NCBI GenBank assembly: GCA_036567985.1
Contig: DATCTK010000044.1
Location: forward strand, 14,062-78,061
DNA from: Gammaproteobacteria bacterium
Lineage (GTDB): Bacteria > Pseudomonadota > Gammaproteobacteria > SZUA-229
DNA: 64,000 nt
Direction: 5' to 3'
Shown here: piece after piece, positions 38,533-48,887 of the stretch
How the letters are laid out: the number at the start of each line of letters is the position of its first letter
Numbering within the stretch: the first letter of the stretch is position 1
The notes under the pieces: generated by a model
The model's input: only the letters and a program-made list of their open reading frames with translations
Told to the model about the DNA's origin: nothing
The model's database searches: none
Translations under genes and position numbers: made by a program

Positions 38533-39717
38533 ATGGCTAGAATTTATATCGTAGACGATGATATACAGGTTGCGGAGCTGTTTTCTGCTGCCATCGACAG
38601 TGTGGGCATAGACAACCAGTACTTCACCAATGCACGGGAGTTTCTGGATTTGGATCTGAAGGATACGGATGTTGTTCTGCTGGATCTGAATATGCCGGAC
38701 ATTGATGGTATCGAAGTGATTCGTGTGCTGGGTAAAAATTCTGCACAGGTTCAACTGGTGCTGATCAGCGGGCATGACAAGGGGGTTCTGCACTCTGCGC
38801 AACAGCTGGCCCAGGCACATGCGCTGCGTGTTGCCGGCAGCCTGAGCAAACCGGTGTCGATTGAAAAGCTCAAGATGCTGGTGATCGAGCTGTCACAACA
38901 GGCGCAGTCGAGCAACCGGCAGGGTGTGGCTGCGCAACATATGCCGACGCTTGAGGAACTGAAAACCGCTTTGCGTGAAAAGCAGCTGGTGCTGCATTAC
39001 CAGCCACAAATTGATATCAGGAGCGGCGAGCTGCACGGGGTTGAAGCACTGTCACGCTGGCAGCATCCAGAGCGCGGACTGATATTTCCCGATATGTTTA
39101 TTCCACTGGCTGAACAGCATGACCTGATCGGTGAGCTGACTGCTGAGGTGATTGGCCAGTCGATTGAGCAGAGTCGAAAGTGGCAGCAACAGGGTCTGAC
39201 AAGCAATATCTCGGTGAATATTTCGGCGGATAATATTACCAGCCTGTCCTTGCCCGAGCAGCTCAGTGACCTGTTAATCAATAACCAGCTGGATCCCGCC
39301 ATGCTCACCCTGGAGATTACCGAAAGCGCACTGATGTGTGAGCTGGTGACCTCGCTGGATATTCTCACCCGACTGCGCATGAAAGGCTTTGGCCTGTCGA
39401 TTGATGACTTTGGTACCGGTTATTCCTCGCTGTCCCAGTTACACCGCATTCCATTTACCGAGCTGAAAATCGATAAAAGTTTTACCATGTCGATGGCTCA
39501 GGACGAGGAATCCAGGGCAATTGTTAAAACCTGTATTATGTTAGGTCAGGAGCTGAATATGCAGGTGGTGGCTGAAGGGGTGGAATCAGCCGAAATTTTA
39601 ATGCTGCTTGAAAACTATGGTTGCGATATCGCACAGGGCTACCATATTGCCAGGCCCATGCCGGCTGAGAATTTGCCGGGCTGGGTGCGGCAATCAGGTA
39701 TGGTGGTCAATGCGTAA
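38533..39717 (+). CDS. Response regulator with an EAL (c-di-GMP phosphodiesterase) output domain
   Basis: 394 aa. REC domain (IVDDD...LLDLNMPDIDG) plus an EAL domain (QPQIDIRSGELHGVEALSRW, DDFGTGYSSL). Confidence 0.85.
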   Translation: MARIYIVDDDIQVAELFSAAIDSVGIDNQYFTNAREFLDLDLKDTDVVLLDLNMPDIDGIEVIRVLGKNSAQVQLVLISGHDKGVLHSAQQLAQAHALRVAGSLSKPVSIEKLKMLVIELSQQAQSSNRQGVAAQHMPTLEELKTALREKQLVLHYQPQIDIRSGELHGVEALSRWQHPERGLIFPDMFIPLAEQHDLIGELTAEVIGQSIEQSRKWQQQGLTSNISVNISADNITSLSLPEQLSDLLINNQLDPAMLTLEITESALMCELVTSLDILTRLRMKGFGLSIDDFGTGYSSLSQLHRIPFTELKIDKSFTMSMAQDEESRAIVKTCIMLGQELNMQVVAEGVESAEILMLLENYGCDIAQGYHIARPMPAENLPGWVRQSGMVVNA

Positions 39718-39722
39718 GCGAT

Positions 39723-40955
39723 TTAGATTTTCTGGTAACTGCGCTCGATATAGGCGTCTACCAGCTGCTGGAATTCCGCTGCAATATTATCACCCTTGAG
39801 GGTTACGGTTTTTTCGCCGTCTTCATAAACCGGTGCGACCGGCGTCTCCCCCGTGCCCGGCAGGCTGATGCCGATATTGGCGTGCTTGCTTTCGCCGGGA
39901 CCATTGACCACGCAGCCCATTACCGCCACCGACATGCTTTCTACACCCTGGTATTTACTTGCCCATACGGGCATCTGTTCCCGCAGATAAGCCTGGATCT
40001 GTTCCGCCAGCTCCTGGAAGTAGCTGCTGGAGGTGCGTCCGCAACCGGGGCAGGCGGTGACCAGGGGTACAAAGGCACGCAATCCCATGGTCTGCAGAAT
40101 TTCCTGTGCCACAATCACTTCCTTGGTACGTGCGGCACCGGGTTCCGGGGTCAGTGAAATACGTATGGTGTCACCTATGCCATCATGCAGCAGAATCGCC
40201 AGTGCGGCGGTGGAGGCGACTATGCCCTTGGAGCCCATACCGGCTTCGGTCAGCCCCAGGTGCAGTGCGTAGTCGCAGCGTTCCGCCAGCGCGCGGTAGA
40301 CGGTAATCAGGTCCTGTACATCGGACATCTTGCAGGAGAGAATGATTTTGTTCCTGGCCAGCCCCAGTTTTTCTGCGGTTTCCGCGCTCTCCAGGGCAGA
40401 GCGGATAACAGTTTCGAACATCACCGATTTGGGGTCTCTGGGTTCACTGAGCTGTGCATTTTCATCCATCAGTTTTGCCAGCAGAGCCTGATCCATGCTG
40501 CCCCAGTTAACGCCGATACGCACCGGTTTATTGTATTTCACCGCGATCTCGATCATGGTGGCAAACTGCTCGTCGCGTTTTTTGCCACGGCCCACATTGC
40601 CCGGGTTGATGCGGTATTTATCCAGTGCTTCGGCACACTCCGGGCACTGGCTTAACAGCTTGTGGCCGTTAAAGTGGAAATCACCTACCAGGGGTACGTC
40701 TATGCCCATGTGTTTTAAACGGGCCTTGATACCGGGCACGGCCTGAGCCGCTTCCAGGGTGTTCACCGTGATGCGCACGATCTCCGAGCCGCTGGCGGCC
40801 AGTTCAGCAATCTGGATGGCAGTGGCTACCTCGTCTGCGGTGTCGGTATTGGTCATCGACTGCACCACCACAGGTGCATCTCCACCAACGGTGACATTGC
40901 CCACCTGAACCGGTATGGACTGACGACGGGGACGAAAGGGAGGGTTAAAACTCAT
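39723..40955 (-). CDS. ispG: 4-hydroxy-3-methylbut-2-en-1-yl diphosphate synthase (IspG/GcpE)
   Basis: Colinear with E. coli IspG ([29 protein letters not shown]). The start is placed at the ATG preceded by AGGAA. The longer ORF reaches 40985. Confidence 0.9.
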   Translation of the reverse strand: MSFNPPFRPRRQSIPVQVGNVTVGGDAPVVVQSMTNTDTADEVATAIQIAELAASGSEIVRITVNTLEAAQAVPGIKARLKHMGIDVPLVGDFHFNGHKLLSQCPECAEALDKYRINPGNVGRGKKRDEQFATMIEIAVKYNKPVRIGVNWGSMDQALLAKLMDENAQLSEPRDPKSVMFETVIRSALESAETAEKLGLARNKIILSCKMSDVQDLITVYRALAERCDYALHLGLTEAGMGSKGIVASTAALAILLHDGIGDTIRISLTPEPGAARTKEVIVAQEILQTMGLRAFVPLVTACPGCGRTSSSYFQELAEQIQAYLREQMPVWASKYQGVESMSVAVMGCVVNGPGESKHANIGISLPGTGETPVAPVYEDGEKTVTLKGDNIAAEFQQLVDAYIERSYQKI

Positions 40956-41102
40956 GCCATGTTCCTGGAAATCTGTATGCTGCAAGCTGTCGATGGATTA
41001 AGTTGTTTTAGAATCACTTAATGACCGCGTTGATTATGGGTTGTAAGGCAGCTGTGAACAATGCTGACATAGCATGATTGTTCAAAGCTGCCTTTATATA
41101 GC

Positions 41103-42293
41103 GTGGTAATATTATCACTTTCGGTAGCAGATGCGGATAGCGAATTGTTTAGATTAGGTTTAATTATTAATCCGCTGGCGGGGTTAGGTGGTCGTGTCGG
41201 GCTGAAAGGCTCCGATGGTGAAGATATTCAGCGTCTGGCGCGCCAGCGGGGTGCCGCTCCACTGGCACAGCAGCGTATGCAACAGGCGCTGGATTACCTG
41301 CTGGATTACCGTCAGCAGTTGCAGATTTACACAGCCGCAGGTGAGATGGGTGAAACCCTGTGTATGAGTATGGGTTTTGCACACAGCGTGGTGTTTACAC
41401 CGCAGGCGGGTGAAACCCATGCAGCAGACACCGAAGCCGCGGTAGAACAGTGCCTGGCACAGGGTATTGACCTATTGCTGTTTGCCGGTGGCGATGGCAC
41501 GGCACGCAATGTCTTTAGCGCACTGCAGCGGGCAACTGAGACAGCGGATGGGTCGCTGCAGCTACCGCCGGTAATCGGCGTGCCGGCAGGTTGCAAAATC
41601 CATTCGTCGGTATACGCGGTAACTCCAGCCCATGCGGGTGAGTTGCTCAGCCTGCTACTCAAGGGGCGACCGCTGTCGCTGGCCGAGGCCTCGGTGATGG
41701 ATATAGATGAGGAAGCATTTCGTCAGGATCAGGTCAGGGCGCAGCTGTATGGCCACCTGATGGTGCCGGCGGAAAACCGTTTTATGCAAAACATGAAACA
41801 GGGCGGGGTGCAGCATGGGGAGATTGCCCTGCAGGATATAGCCGCGTTTATGCTGGAAACCATGGAAGATGACTGTCTGTACCTGATCGGCTCCGGCACC
41901 ACCCCCAGGGCGATACTCGATGAGCTGGGACTGCCATCAACCCTGCTGGGGGTGGATGCAGTTTACAACCGGCAGTTACTGGCCAGTGACCTGAGCGAGC
42001 AGCAAATTCTGCAGTTACTGGATGAATATGGCAGGGTACGACTGGTGATTACCCCGATCGGTGGACAGGGGCATGTGTTCGGTCGCGGCAACCAGCAACT
42101 CAGCCCGGCTGTGATTCGCCGCCTGGGGATGCAAAATATTGATATTATTTCCACCGCAGAAAAAATACACTCGCTGAATGGTCAGCCATTGCGGGTGGAC
42201 ACTGGAGATGAGACCCTTAACCAGTCATTGTATGGCATGGTGCCGGTGATTACCGGCTACGATGAAAAAACCCTGTGCCGCATTGCGCGTTAG
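41103..42293 (+). CDS. ATP-NAD kinase / diacylglycerol-kinase-like family protein (GGDGT motif)
   Basis: It carries the GGDGT catalytic motif and the IINPLAG N-terminus. The start is ambiguous: GTG at 41103 or TTG near 41148. Confidence 0.55.
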   Translation: MVILSLSVADADSELFRLGLIINPLAGLGGRVGLKGSDGEDIQRLARQRGAAPLAQQRMQQALDYLLDYRQQLQIYTAAGEMGETLCMSMGFAHSVVFTPQAGETHAADTEAAVEQCLAQGIDLLLFAGGDGTARNVFSALQRATETADGSLQLPPVIGVPAGCKIHSSVYAVTPAHAGELLSLLLKGRPLSLAEASVMDIDEEAFRQDQVRAQLYGHLMVPAENRFMQNMKQGGVQHGEIALQDIAAFMLETMEDDCLYLIGSGTTPRAILDELGLPSTLLGVDAVYNRQLLASDLSEQQILQLLDEYGRVRLVITPIGGQGHVFGRGNQQLSPAVIRRLGMQNIDIISTAEKIHSLNGQPLRVDTGDETLNQSLYGMVPVITGYDEKTLCRIAR

Positions 42294-42349
42294 CTTTAAG
42301 CAAACGCATTACAAACACCAATACCAACTCACTTATTTTCAGGACAATT

Positions 42350-43630
42350 ATGAACGACGAAAAATTCAATTATGACTTGATGGATTTTCTCGCCATGTCG
42401 CCCACGCCGTTTCATGCGGTGGAACAAATTATTTACAAACTGGAGTGCGCCGGCTATCAGCGCCTGTTCGAAGCCGATAGCTGGAAACTGGAAACATCAC
42501 AGGGCTACTATGTAACACGTAATGACTCATCGATTATTGCCTTCAAGCTGGGTGAAGACCCGGTGGCAAAGGGCATTAATATGGTAGGCGCACATACCGA
42601 CAGCCCCTGCCTTAAAGTTAAACCCCGGCCAGATATACTGTTCAATGGTTATTACCAGCTCGGTGTGGAGGTGTACGGCGGTGCGCTGTTAAACCCCTGG
42701 TTTGACCGTGACCTGTCACTCGCCGGTCGGGTGAACTACCTGGATGAAGACGGTGATCTGTGCAGCACACTGGTTAACTTTGAAAACCCGATTGCAGTGA
42801 TTCCCAGCCTGGCGATTCACCTCGACCGCGAAGCCAATAAAAACCGCAGCGTCAACGCGCAAACCGATATTCCGCCGATCCTGTTAAAACTGCCGAATTC
42901 GGAAAGCGAAGACAAACCGTCCTTCCACGATATTCTGTTGCAGAAAATTCAGGATGAAACCGATGCGACTGAAGTGCTGGATTTTGAACTGAGTTTTTAC
43001 GATGTGCAGGAGCCTGCTTATATCGGCCTGCACCAGGACTTTATCGCCAGCGCGCGGCTGGATAACCTGCTCAGTTGCTACACCGGTTTGATGGCGTTGA
43101 CGGAAACCAGCAATCCGGGCAGCAAATTACTGGTGTGTACCGATCACGAAGAAGTGGGTAGCGTGTCGACCAGTGGTGCCCAGGGCACGTTTTTGCAGTC
43201 GGTGCTGGAACGCATTGCCGGCAGCCATGAGAACATGGGGCGCATGATGGACCAGTCAATGATGATCTCTGCCGATAATGCCCATGCGCTGCATCCTAAT
43301 TTTGCCGATCGTCACGATGAAAATCACGGGCCGGAAATTAATAAAGGTCCGGTGATTAAAGTGAATGCCAATCAGCGTTATGCCAGTAATGGCCATACCA
43401 GTGCCATCTTCAGACAACTGTGCAAACAGGCGGATGTGCCGGTGCAGTCGTTCGTGGTGCGGTCGGATATGGGCTGTGGCAGCACCATTGGTCCTATTAC
43501 TGCGAGTAACCTGGGAGTGAAAACCCTGGATGTGGGTGTGCCGACCTTTGCCATGCATTCAATACGTGAACTGGCCGGACGCTGGGATGCCTACTACCTG
43601 TTCCGGGTGTTAAAGGAATTCTATGCCTGA
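42350..43630 (+). CDS. apeB: M18-family aminopeptidase (ApeB-like)
   Basis: About 426 aa from the ATG preceded by AGGA. The longer ORF from 42275 is not supported. Conserved His/Asp metal-ligand regions of M18 are present. Confidence 0.8.
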   Translation: MNDEKFNYDLMDFLAMSPTPFHAVEQIIYKLECAGYQRLFEADSWKLETSQGYYVTRNDSSIIAFKLGEDPVAKGINMVGAHTDSPCLKVKPRPDILFNGYYQLGVEVYGGALLNPWFDRDLSLAGRVNYLDEDGDLCSTLVNFENPIAVIPSLAIHLDREANKNRSVNAQTDIPPILLKLPNSESEDKPSFHDILLQKIQDETDATEVLDFELSFYDVQEPAYIGLHQDFIASARLDNLLSCYTGLMALTETSNPGSKLLVCTDHEEVGSVSTSGAQGTFLQSVLERIAGSHENMGRMMDQSMMISADNAHALHPNFADRHDENHGPEINKGPVIKVNANQRYASNGHTSAIFRQLCKQADVPVQSFVVRSDMGCGSTIGPITASNLGVKTLDVGVPTFAMHSIRELAGRWDAYYLFRVLKEFYA

Positions 43631-43693
43631 TTTATTGTTTAACCTCAGGGCATTTATCTTGTGCTGCAGGACATGTTTTACAGGTGAATTTCG

Positions 43694-44290
43694 ATGAATA
43701 AACCAGTAGCCGAATCCTGCTTACAAAATCAGCAGCCCATTCTGGATGCGTTGCGCGATGTGTTTATCGAAGCGGGGGAGGTGCTTGAGGTAGGTAGCGG
43801 CACCGGTCAGCATGCGGTGTTTTTCAGCCAGCATCTGCCACACCTGACATGGCAGCCCAGTGACCTGCAGGATCAACACCCGGGTATGTTATTGTGGCTG
43901 GACGAGGTGGAACATAATCGCATCAAACCACCGTTGGTGCTGGATGTGGATGATGAGACATGGCCATTGCAGAATATGGACTATGTATTTACCGCCAATA
44001 CCACGCATATTATTTCACTGTCGCAGGCGGAACGAATGTTTGCGCATATCGCCAGCGTACTAAAACAGGGTGGGCTGTTTGCCCAGTACGGGCCGTTTAA
44101 TTATAACGGTGAGTACACATCAGCAAGCAATGCACGATTTGACCAGTGGCTTAAGCAACAGCACCCGCAGAGTTGCATCAAGCATTTTGAACAACTGCAG
44201 GATTTTGCCGCTGATAATGCGATGCACTGTATTGATGACATTGAAATGCCTGCCAATAACCGCTTGCTTGTGTGGCAAAAACAGCCTTAA
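43694..44290 (+). CDS. DUF938-family class I SAM-dependent methyltransferase-like protein
   Basis: 198 aa with the SAM-binding motif I, LEVGSGTGQH. Confidence 0.55.
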   Translation: MNKPVAESCLQNQQPILDALRDVFIEAGEVLEVGSGTGQHAVFFSQHLPHLTWQPSDLQDQHPGMLLWLDEVEHNRIKPPLVLDVDDETWPLQNMDYVFTANTTHIISLSQAERMFAHIASVLKQGGLFAQYGPFNYNGEYTSASNARFDQWLKQQHPQSCIKHFEQLQDFAADNAMHCIDDIEMPANNRLLVWQKQP

Positions 44291-44410
44291 AATAAACTAA
44301 CAAACAGGCGCTGACCCATAAACGAAGTGCCATAAAAATAAATTCGCAAAATAAATTAGCAATATAGATTAGCAAATCGACCATCGACCTAGCGTGAACA
44401 GGGAAGCAGC

Positions 44411-44785
44411 ATGCCAATTAATTTTCATTACGATCCCCAGCTCGAAGTTTTAATGGTGAAGCTGCAAGGCCTGGTCAGTCTGGCTGAAATGCAGGATGCG
44501 TTAATGCAGGTGGTCAGTGCCAGCGATATACCCTCCCATGCGAATGCGTTGTGGGATGTGAGTGATATGGAGTTCAATAATATCACCATCGATTTCCAGC
44601 GTGAGCTGATAGACATGCGTCGCCAGCATGCCACTCGCAGACAACCCGCAAAAATTGCTATTTTATGCACCTACACCCTGGCCGAGCCGTTGGTGAAAAT
44701 GTATACCATTCTGTGCAAGGAACTGGGCGAAGATGCCAGAGTGTTTATGCATGAAGCAGAAGCACTGGAGTGGCTGGCTGAATAA
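44411..44785 (+). CDS. Hypothetical protein, possibly STAS-like
   Basis: ORF with only weak resemblance to STAS/SpoIIAA-like folds. Confidence 0.3.
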   Translation: MPINFHYDPQLEVLMVKLQGLVSLAEMQDALMQVVSASDIPSHANALWDVSDMEFNNITIDFQRELIDMRRQHATRRQPAKIAILCTYTLAEPLVKMYTILCKELGEDARVFMHEAEALEWLAE

Positions 44786-44846
44786 GCCGTTTATTGATTT
44801 CCCGAATCAGTCTCGTCAAGGCGCTGAATCATTAGTGCATCTCGCT

Positions 44847-45875
44847 TTAATATAAATCAAGACTTTTAACCGGCTGACTTAAGGCCGGGTTTAAGCGCTG
44901 GTGTTTGAACGCATCCAGTGTGTCAAGCAAACTCGCCTGCCAGCTGATTTGTGGATCATAGCCGAGCAGGGACTGTGCCGGTTGCAGGTCAATTTCTGGC
45001 GAAGCTAGCATGTAACGCATGGCCGCGGTAAACAGCGGCTGCTGTGCATGCCGGGCAGACAGATTACGAGCAAACAGTACCAGTTCTGCCAATGCTGCGG
45101 GCAGGGCATAATTTAACGGGCTGTGCCCCAGCTGGCTTTTGATAAATTGCATCACCGCTTTATGTGACGGGGTTTCCGCGCCACTGATATTCACCGAGTG
45201 ATAACCTGCCTCAAGGGGTGCCAGTGCCGCACGGCTGAAGGCCTGGCCGATGTCCTGGCCATCGACGATGGGAAGATGGCCATAGGCTCCCTGGTAATAT
45301 GGCAACGAATACTTCCCGCTGCGTGCCAGCAGCAGCGGTAACAGCCCCATATTCAGCTGTTTTCCTGAATACAGGCCAATTCGCAGATTAATAAACTGGG
45401 TGCGGCTGTCGCGGTACTGTCTCAGGTAGTCTTCAATCGCAATCAGCCCGTTAAGCATGGGCCAGCTGGCGCGGGGCTTGCCGGCTAACTGCGCCGAGTT
45501 GCGCTGCGCTGGCGCGCTGACAAACAGGCTGCTTAAATTAACAAAACGCTGTACCCGCCATTCCACCGCACGGTTAATCAAGTCCAGTGTGGGTTCGAGA
45601 TAGGCCTGGTGTTGTGGGTCCTGTTGCCGCTCAAAACTGCTCCAGCCGGCGGCATGGCAAACCACATCTATGCCCACCAGTAATCGATCCAGGTAATCCA
45701 CATCCCGCAGGTCGCCACAGCGTACCTCGCCCTGATACCCGGCAGGCAGCTTATCCGCATTGCGACAGGCCGCAATAACCTGAAGCTCACTGTGCTGAAT
45801 CTGCATCAGGCTTTGCAGTATATGGCGGCCAACGAAACCGCTGGCGCCGGTGACGAGTATTTTAATGATAATCAA
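44847..45875 (-). CDS. NAD-dependent epimerase/dehydratase (extended SDR family)
   Basis: N-terminal VTGASGFVGRH Rossmann motif. Confidence 0.8.
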   Translation of the reverse strand: MIIIKILVTGASGFVGRHILQSLMQIQHSELQVIAACRNADKLPAGYQGEVRCGDLRDVDYLDRLLVGIDVVCHAAGWSSFERQQDPQHQAYLEPTLDLINRAVEWRVQRFVNLSSLFVSAPAQRNSAQLAGKPRASWPMLNGLIAIEDYLRQYRDSRTQFINLRIGLYSGKQLNMGLLPLLLARSGKYSLPYYQGAYGHLPIVDGQDIGQAFSRAALAPLEAGYHSVNISGAETPSHKAVMQFIKSQLGHSPLNYALPAALAELVLFARNLSARHAQQPLFTAAMRYMLASPEIDLQPAQSLLGYDPQISWQASLLDTLDAFKHQRLNPALSQPVKSLDLY

Positions 45876-46221
45876 TCCCTGCCTGTTTCAGGCCCTGTGT
45901 TGCGTCTGTATGGGCTATAAGAAAACTTACTGTTTAATTATGCCTGCTGATGTATGGTTTGCAATGCGTGCGGTGCTGAATAGACGTTATCAATCAGGCA
46001 CAATTAATGTACTCTTTGCAATATCAGGTATAGTAGCAGCTGCTTTTTTCTTAATTTATGATATTGGTAGTGAATAATCCTGCCTAATGCACAGCGGCTA
46101 AGGTCATTACAGAAATTAATTTTAAAAATGCAAATAGATACAAGTCAATCAACTACGTGCATAAAAAGCACGCGCCCGGCCGTGCATGACGGACGGGAGG
46201 TTATCAGGTGTTAGCGCAGCT

Positions 46222-46947
46222 ATGAAACTCAAGAAGTTACTCAGTTACGAATGGGATGCGATTGCGGGGATTCTGGCCGCTGTGTTCGCTATTATTCTTC
46301 ATTTGCTCCACATTGTGGACGAGCAGGTCATTTTGCCTATCGTGCTTGCCCTGCTGGGGCTTTTATTTATAAATTTCATGCGTCATTCGAGAAGCAACGA
46401 ACTTACGGCTGAGCAGGTTGAACGAACCGAACACAGTGTTCGCAGAATACAGGCAGGGCTCAAGGTGCCCGATGTCATTCTTGTTGGCCCGCGTGAGTTA
46501 CGCTCTGTGAGCGAGCAGTTTGCGCGTAATATGAAAGGTGACGCTATCTGGTTCAATGTCTGCCTGTCGATGTACAGACCGCAGCCACTATTCGATGCAT
46601 TGCTGCGACCAGCGATAGACAACCCAATGGTCACCTCAATTCAGTTCGTACTCGATGAGAGTCAGAAGGATCTATGGCGGGACGTGGTAAAGCCAAAAAT
46701 TCTTGCCTGTTCCGGCCACTCCAAGGTGAGAGAACCCTGCTGGTGCGCGCTGAGTGAAAACCTTTCGTTTATTCTAGCGGATAGTCATCATAGCAACGGT
46801 ACCGAGGCGTTGCTGAGTTTCTGGGGTGAGCCATTCATGGCAAAATCCACTGAGCGGGACGTGCCACGCTACATCTTTCATGTACAAAAATACTCCGAGC
46901 TATTGCCGCACCTGGTGGAACTGGAGCGCGGTTGCGTACACCGTTGA
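46222..46947 (+). CDS. Hypothetical membrane-anchored protein (2 N-terminal TM helices plus a cytoplasmic domain)
   Basis: The ORF 46186-46947 probably starts at MKLKKLL. Hydrophobic N-terminus. No family recognised. Confidence 0.4.
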   Translation: MKLKKLLSYEWDAIAGILAAVFAIILHLLHIVDEQVILPIVLALLGLLFINFMRHSRSNELTAEQVERTEHSVRRIQAGLKVPDVILVGPRELRSVSEQFARNMKGDAIWFNVCLSMYRPQPLFDALLRPAIDNPMVTSIQFVLDESQKDLWRDVVKPKILACSGHSKVREPCWCALSENLSFILADSHHSNGTEALLSFWGEPFMAKSTERDVPRYIFHVQKYSELLPHLVELERGCVHR

Positions 46948-47157
46948 TTTCCTGCGTGTTAATAGATTCATTATGGATTCGAGACCGCTCAAAATTTTTC
47001 CAGTCGGCAGTTAGCAGTAGTTCGCTATGCTGAATCTCGTCAACGATGCAGTCAATGGCGTCCAATAAAACCGCTGAAACAGCTGGCGAGTATTTTAACG
47101 ATAACCAGTAATCAAGCTGTGTTATGCCTACGCTGGATGGTTTGCTCAGACAGCCAG

Positions 47158-47979
47158 TTATTCCAGCCAGCTATTAAGGTATTGCAGCAGCTGTTGTCGG
47201 TTAGCCTCATAGCTGAACAGGTTGCTGTGCCTGCCTGTAAGTCGGCTTATAAATTTGGGTTCATTGCTTTGCTGGTACAGTGCCCGTACATGTCTGGGGT
47301 GAATCACTTCGTCCTGCTCACTGTAGAGGTAGAGCAGAGGTATCTGCGGCAGCTGTCCCACAGCGTCGAGTGGTCGATAACGGTTGCTGATGGTCAGTGA
47401 TAGCGGCCACTGAAATGCCCAGGTCAGCCAGGAAGTTGCCAGCATGTCACGGCTGATTTCGCGGTAATCACTGAATGGGGATATAAACACGGCAGCATCT
47501 ATGCCCTGTGGTCGCTGGGCGAGGCTGTAGATGCCCAGGCTGGCACCGAGGCTTTGTCCAATCAGAAATATTTTTTTATCGGCGGGGTAGCGTTTGCGCG
47601 CGTATTCCATGGCGTGATAAATATCGTTGATAGCGCCATCAAGTCCGGGCTGGCCCTGCGATAAACCGTAGCCGCGGTAATCGAAAATAAATACATCATA
47701 CTGATGACGGGTAAGCCAGTAGACAGCGGCAGAATGCGTACTGATATTTTCCGCATTGCCATGTAGGAACAGAATCAGCGCGTTTGATTCTTCTTCAGCC
47801 GGAAACCACCAGCCATGCAGTTGCAGATTATCGCTGCTGGAAAAATACACATCGCGGTATTCAATTCCCAGTTGATCTGGCGTAACCAGCAGCTCTTTAC
47901 TGGGCTGGAAAAATACATGGCTGCAGCCACTGAGCAAACTAAGTGACGAAAATAATAATATACTTATTAAGTGTTGCAT
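47158..47979 (-). CDS. Alpha/beta-hydrolase lipoprotein (esterase/lipase-like)
   Basis: Lipobox LLSGCS and the nucleophile elbow GQSLG. 273 aa. Confidence 0.75.
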   Translation of the reverse strand: MQHLISILLFSSLSLLSGCSHVFFQPSKELLVTPDQLGIEYRDVYFSSSDNLQLHGWWFPAEEESNALILFLHGNAENISTHSAAVYWLTRHQYDVFIFDYRGYGLSQGQPGLDGAINDIYHAMEYARKRYPADKKIFLIGQSLGASLGIYSLAQRPQGIDAAVFISPFSDYREISRDMLATSWLTWAFQWPLSLTISNRYRPLDAVGQLPQIPLLYLYSEQDEVIHPRHVRALYQQSNEPKFISRLTGRHSNLFSYEANRQQLLQYLNSWLE

Positions 47980-48262
47980 GGCCCGGGTTGCGCTTTGTTA
48001 TCCATTGAGATGCGCCTGATAGCTGCTCCTGTCGATAAGCCTGGTGTCTGTCATCGGTTGTGCAGGCGGCAATTAGGCATTATACCTTATGTGTCTTATG
48101 AATCATTTCGCATTTTGTCAAAGCGCATTTGAGCCAACGCTTAAATATAGCAAATTGTTGTTGCATAGTGATACCCCGCTGCTATTATAGCTTTCGTGGG
48201 ATAATAAATAACAAAAATTCTTTTATGCAGTACCCAACGCTGCTAAAAAACGGAGAAACCTT

Positions 48263-48739
48263 ATGAAAAAACTAATTGCAGGTTCAATTCTGATGGTTGC
48301 ATCTTCCAGCGCATTTGCTGTTGCGCCGGGCGGCCCTGACTGTGGCTGGGGTAATATGTTATTTGACGGGCAGGCTGGTCTTGGTCCGCACTTTATGGCA
48401 TCCATTACCAACGGTACTTCAGGTAACGCAACTTTCGGTATGACATCGGGCACCAACGGCTGTTCAGCCAATGGCAACCTGACCTATGGTGGAAAATCCT
48501 TACTGGCTTCTATCATGGACGAGTTCTCGCAGGACGTTGCCATGGGTGAAGGTGAGGCCATGAATGCGGTTGCAGTAATGATGGGTATAGCACCTGAAGA
48601 TCGCGACAGCTTTGCACAGCTGACACATGAAAACTTTGCTGTTATCTTTCCAGGTGAAAATGTAACTGCAGAAGACGTGCTGGCTTCTCTGGAAACACTG
48701 ATGAAAGCTGATGCGCGCTTATCCAAGTATGTAAGCTAA
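48263..48739 (+). CDS. Secreted DUF3015-family protein
   Basis: Signal peptide plus the CGWGNMLFDG motif. It pairs with the downstream DUF4105 protein, a common arrangement. Confidence 0.55.
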   Translation: MKKLIAGSILMVASSSAFAVAPGGPDCGWGNMLFDGQAGLGPHFMASITNGTSGNATFGMTSGTNGCSANGNLTYGGKSLLASIMDEFSQDVAMGEGEAMNAVAVMMGIAPEDRDSFAQLTHENFAVIFPGENVTAEDVLASLETLMKADARLSKYVS

Positions 48740-48887
48740 TCGTTTTTATCTGCGAACGGAGTCTGTGTGTAATATAACAGGCTCCGTTTTTTATCTGCTT
48801 CTTTCTTAATTTTATACCTGTCTATGTTGCTTTATATTCTGCCGTATTATCTGGCAGTTTCTTTCTCATTTCGGTTTTCGGTAACGA

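Noticed and set aside
45850-46077. 75-aa ORF overlapping the start of the epimerase gene
   Set aside because: It overlaps a confident gene start and lies in an AT-rich intergenic stretch. Only the last 45 aa or so (from MPADVW, hydrophobic) could be real. Evidence is insufficient.
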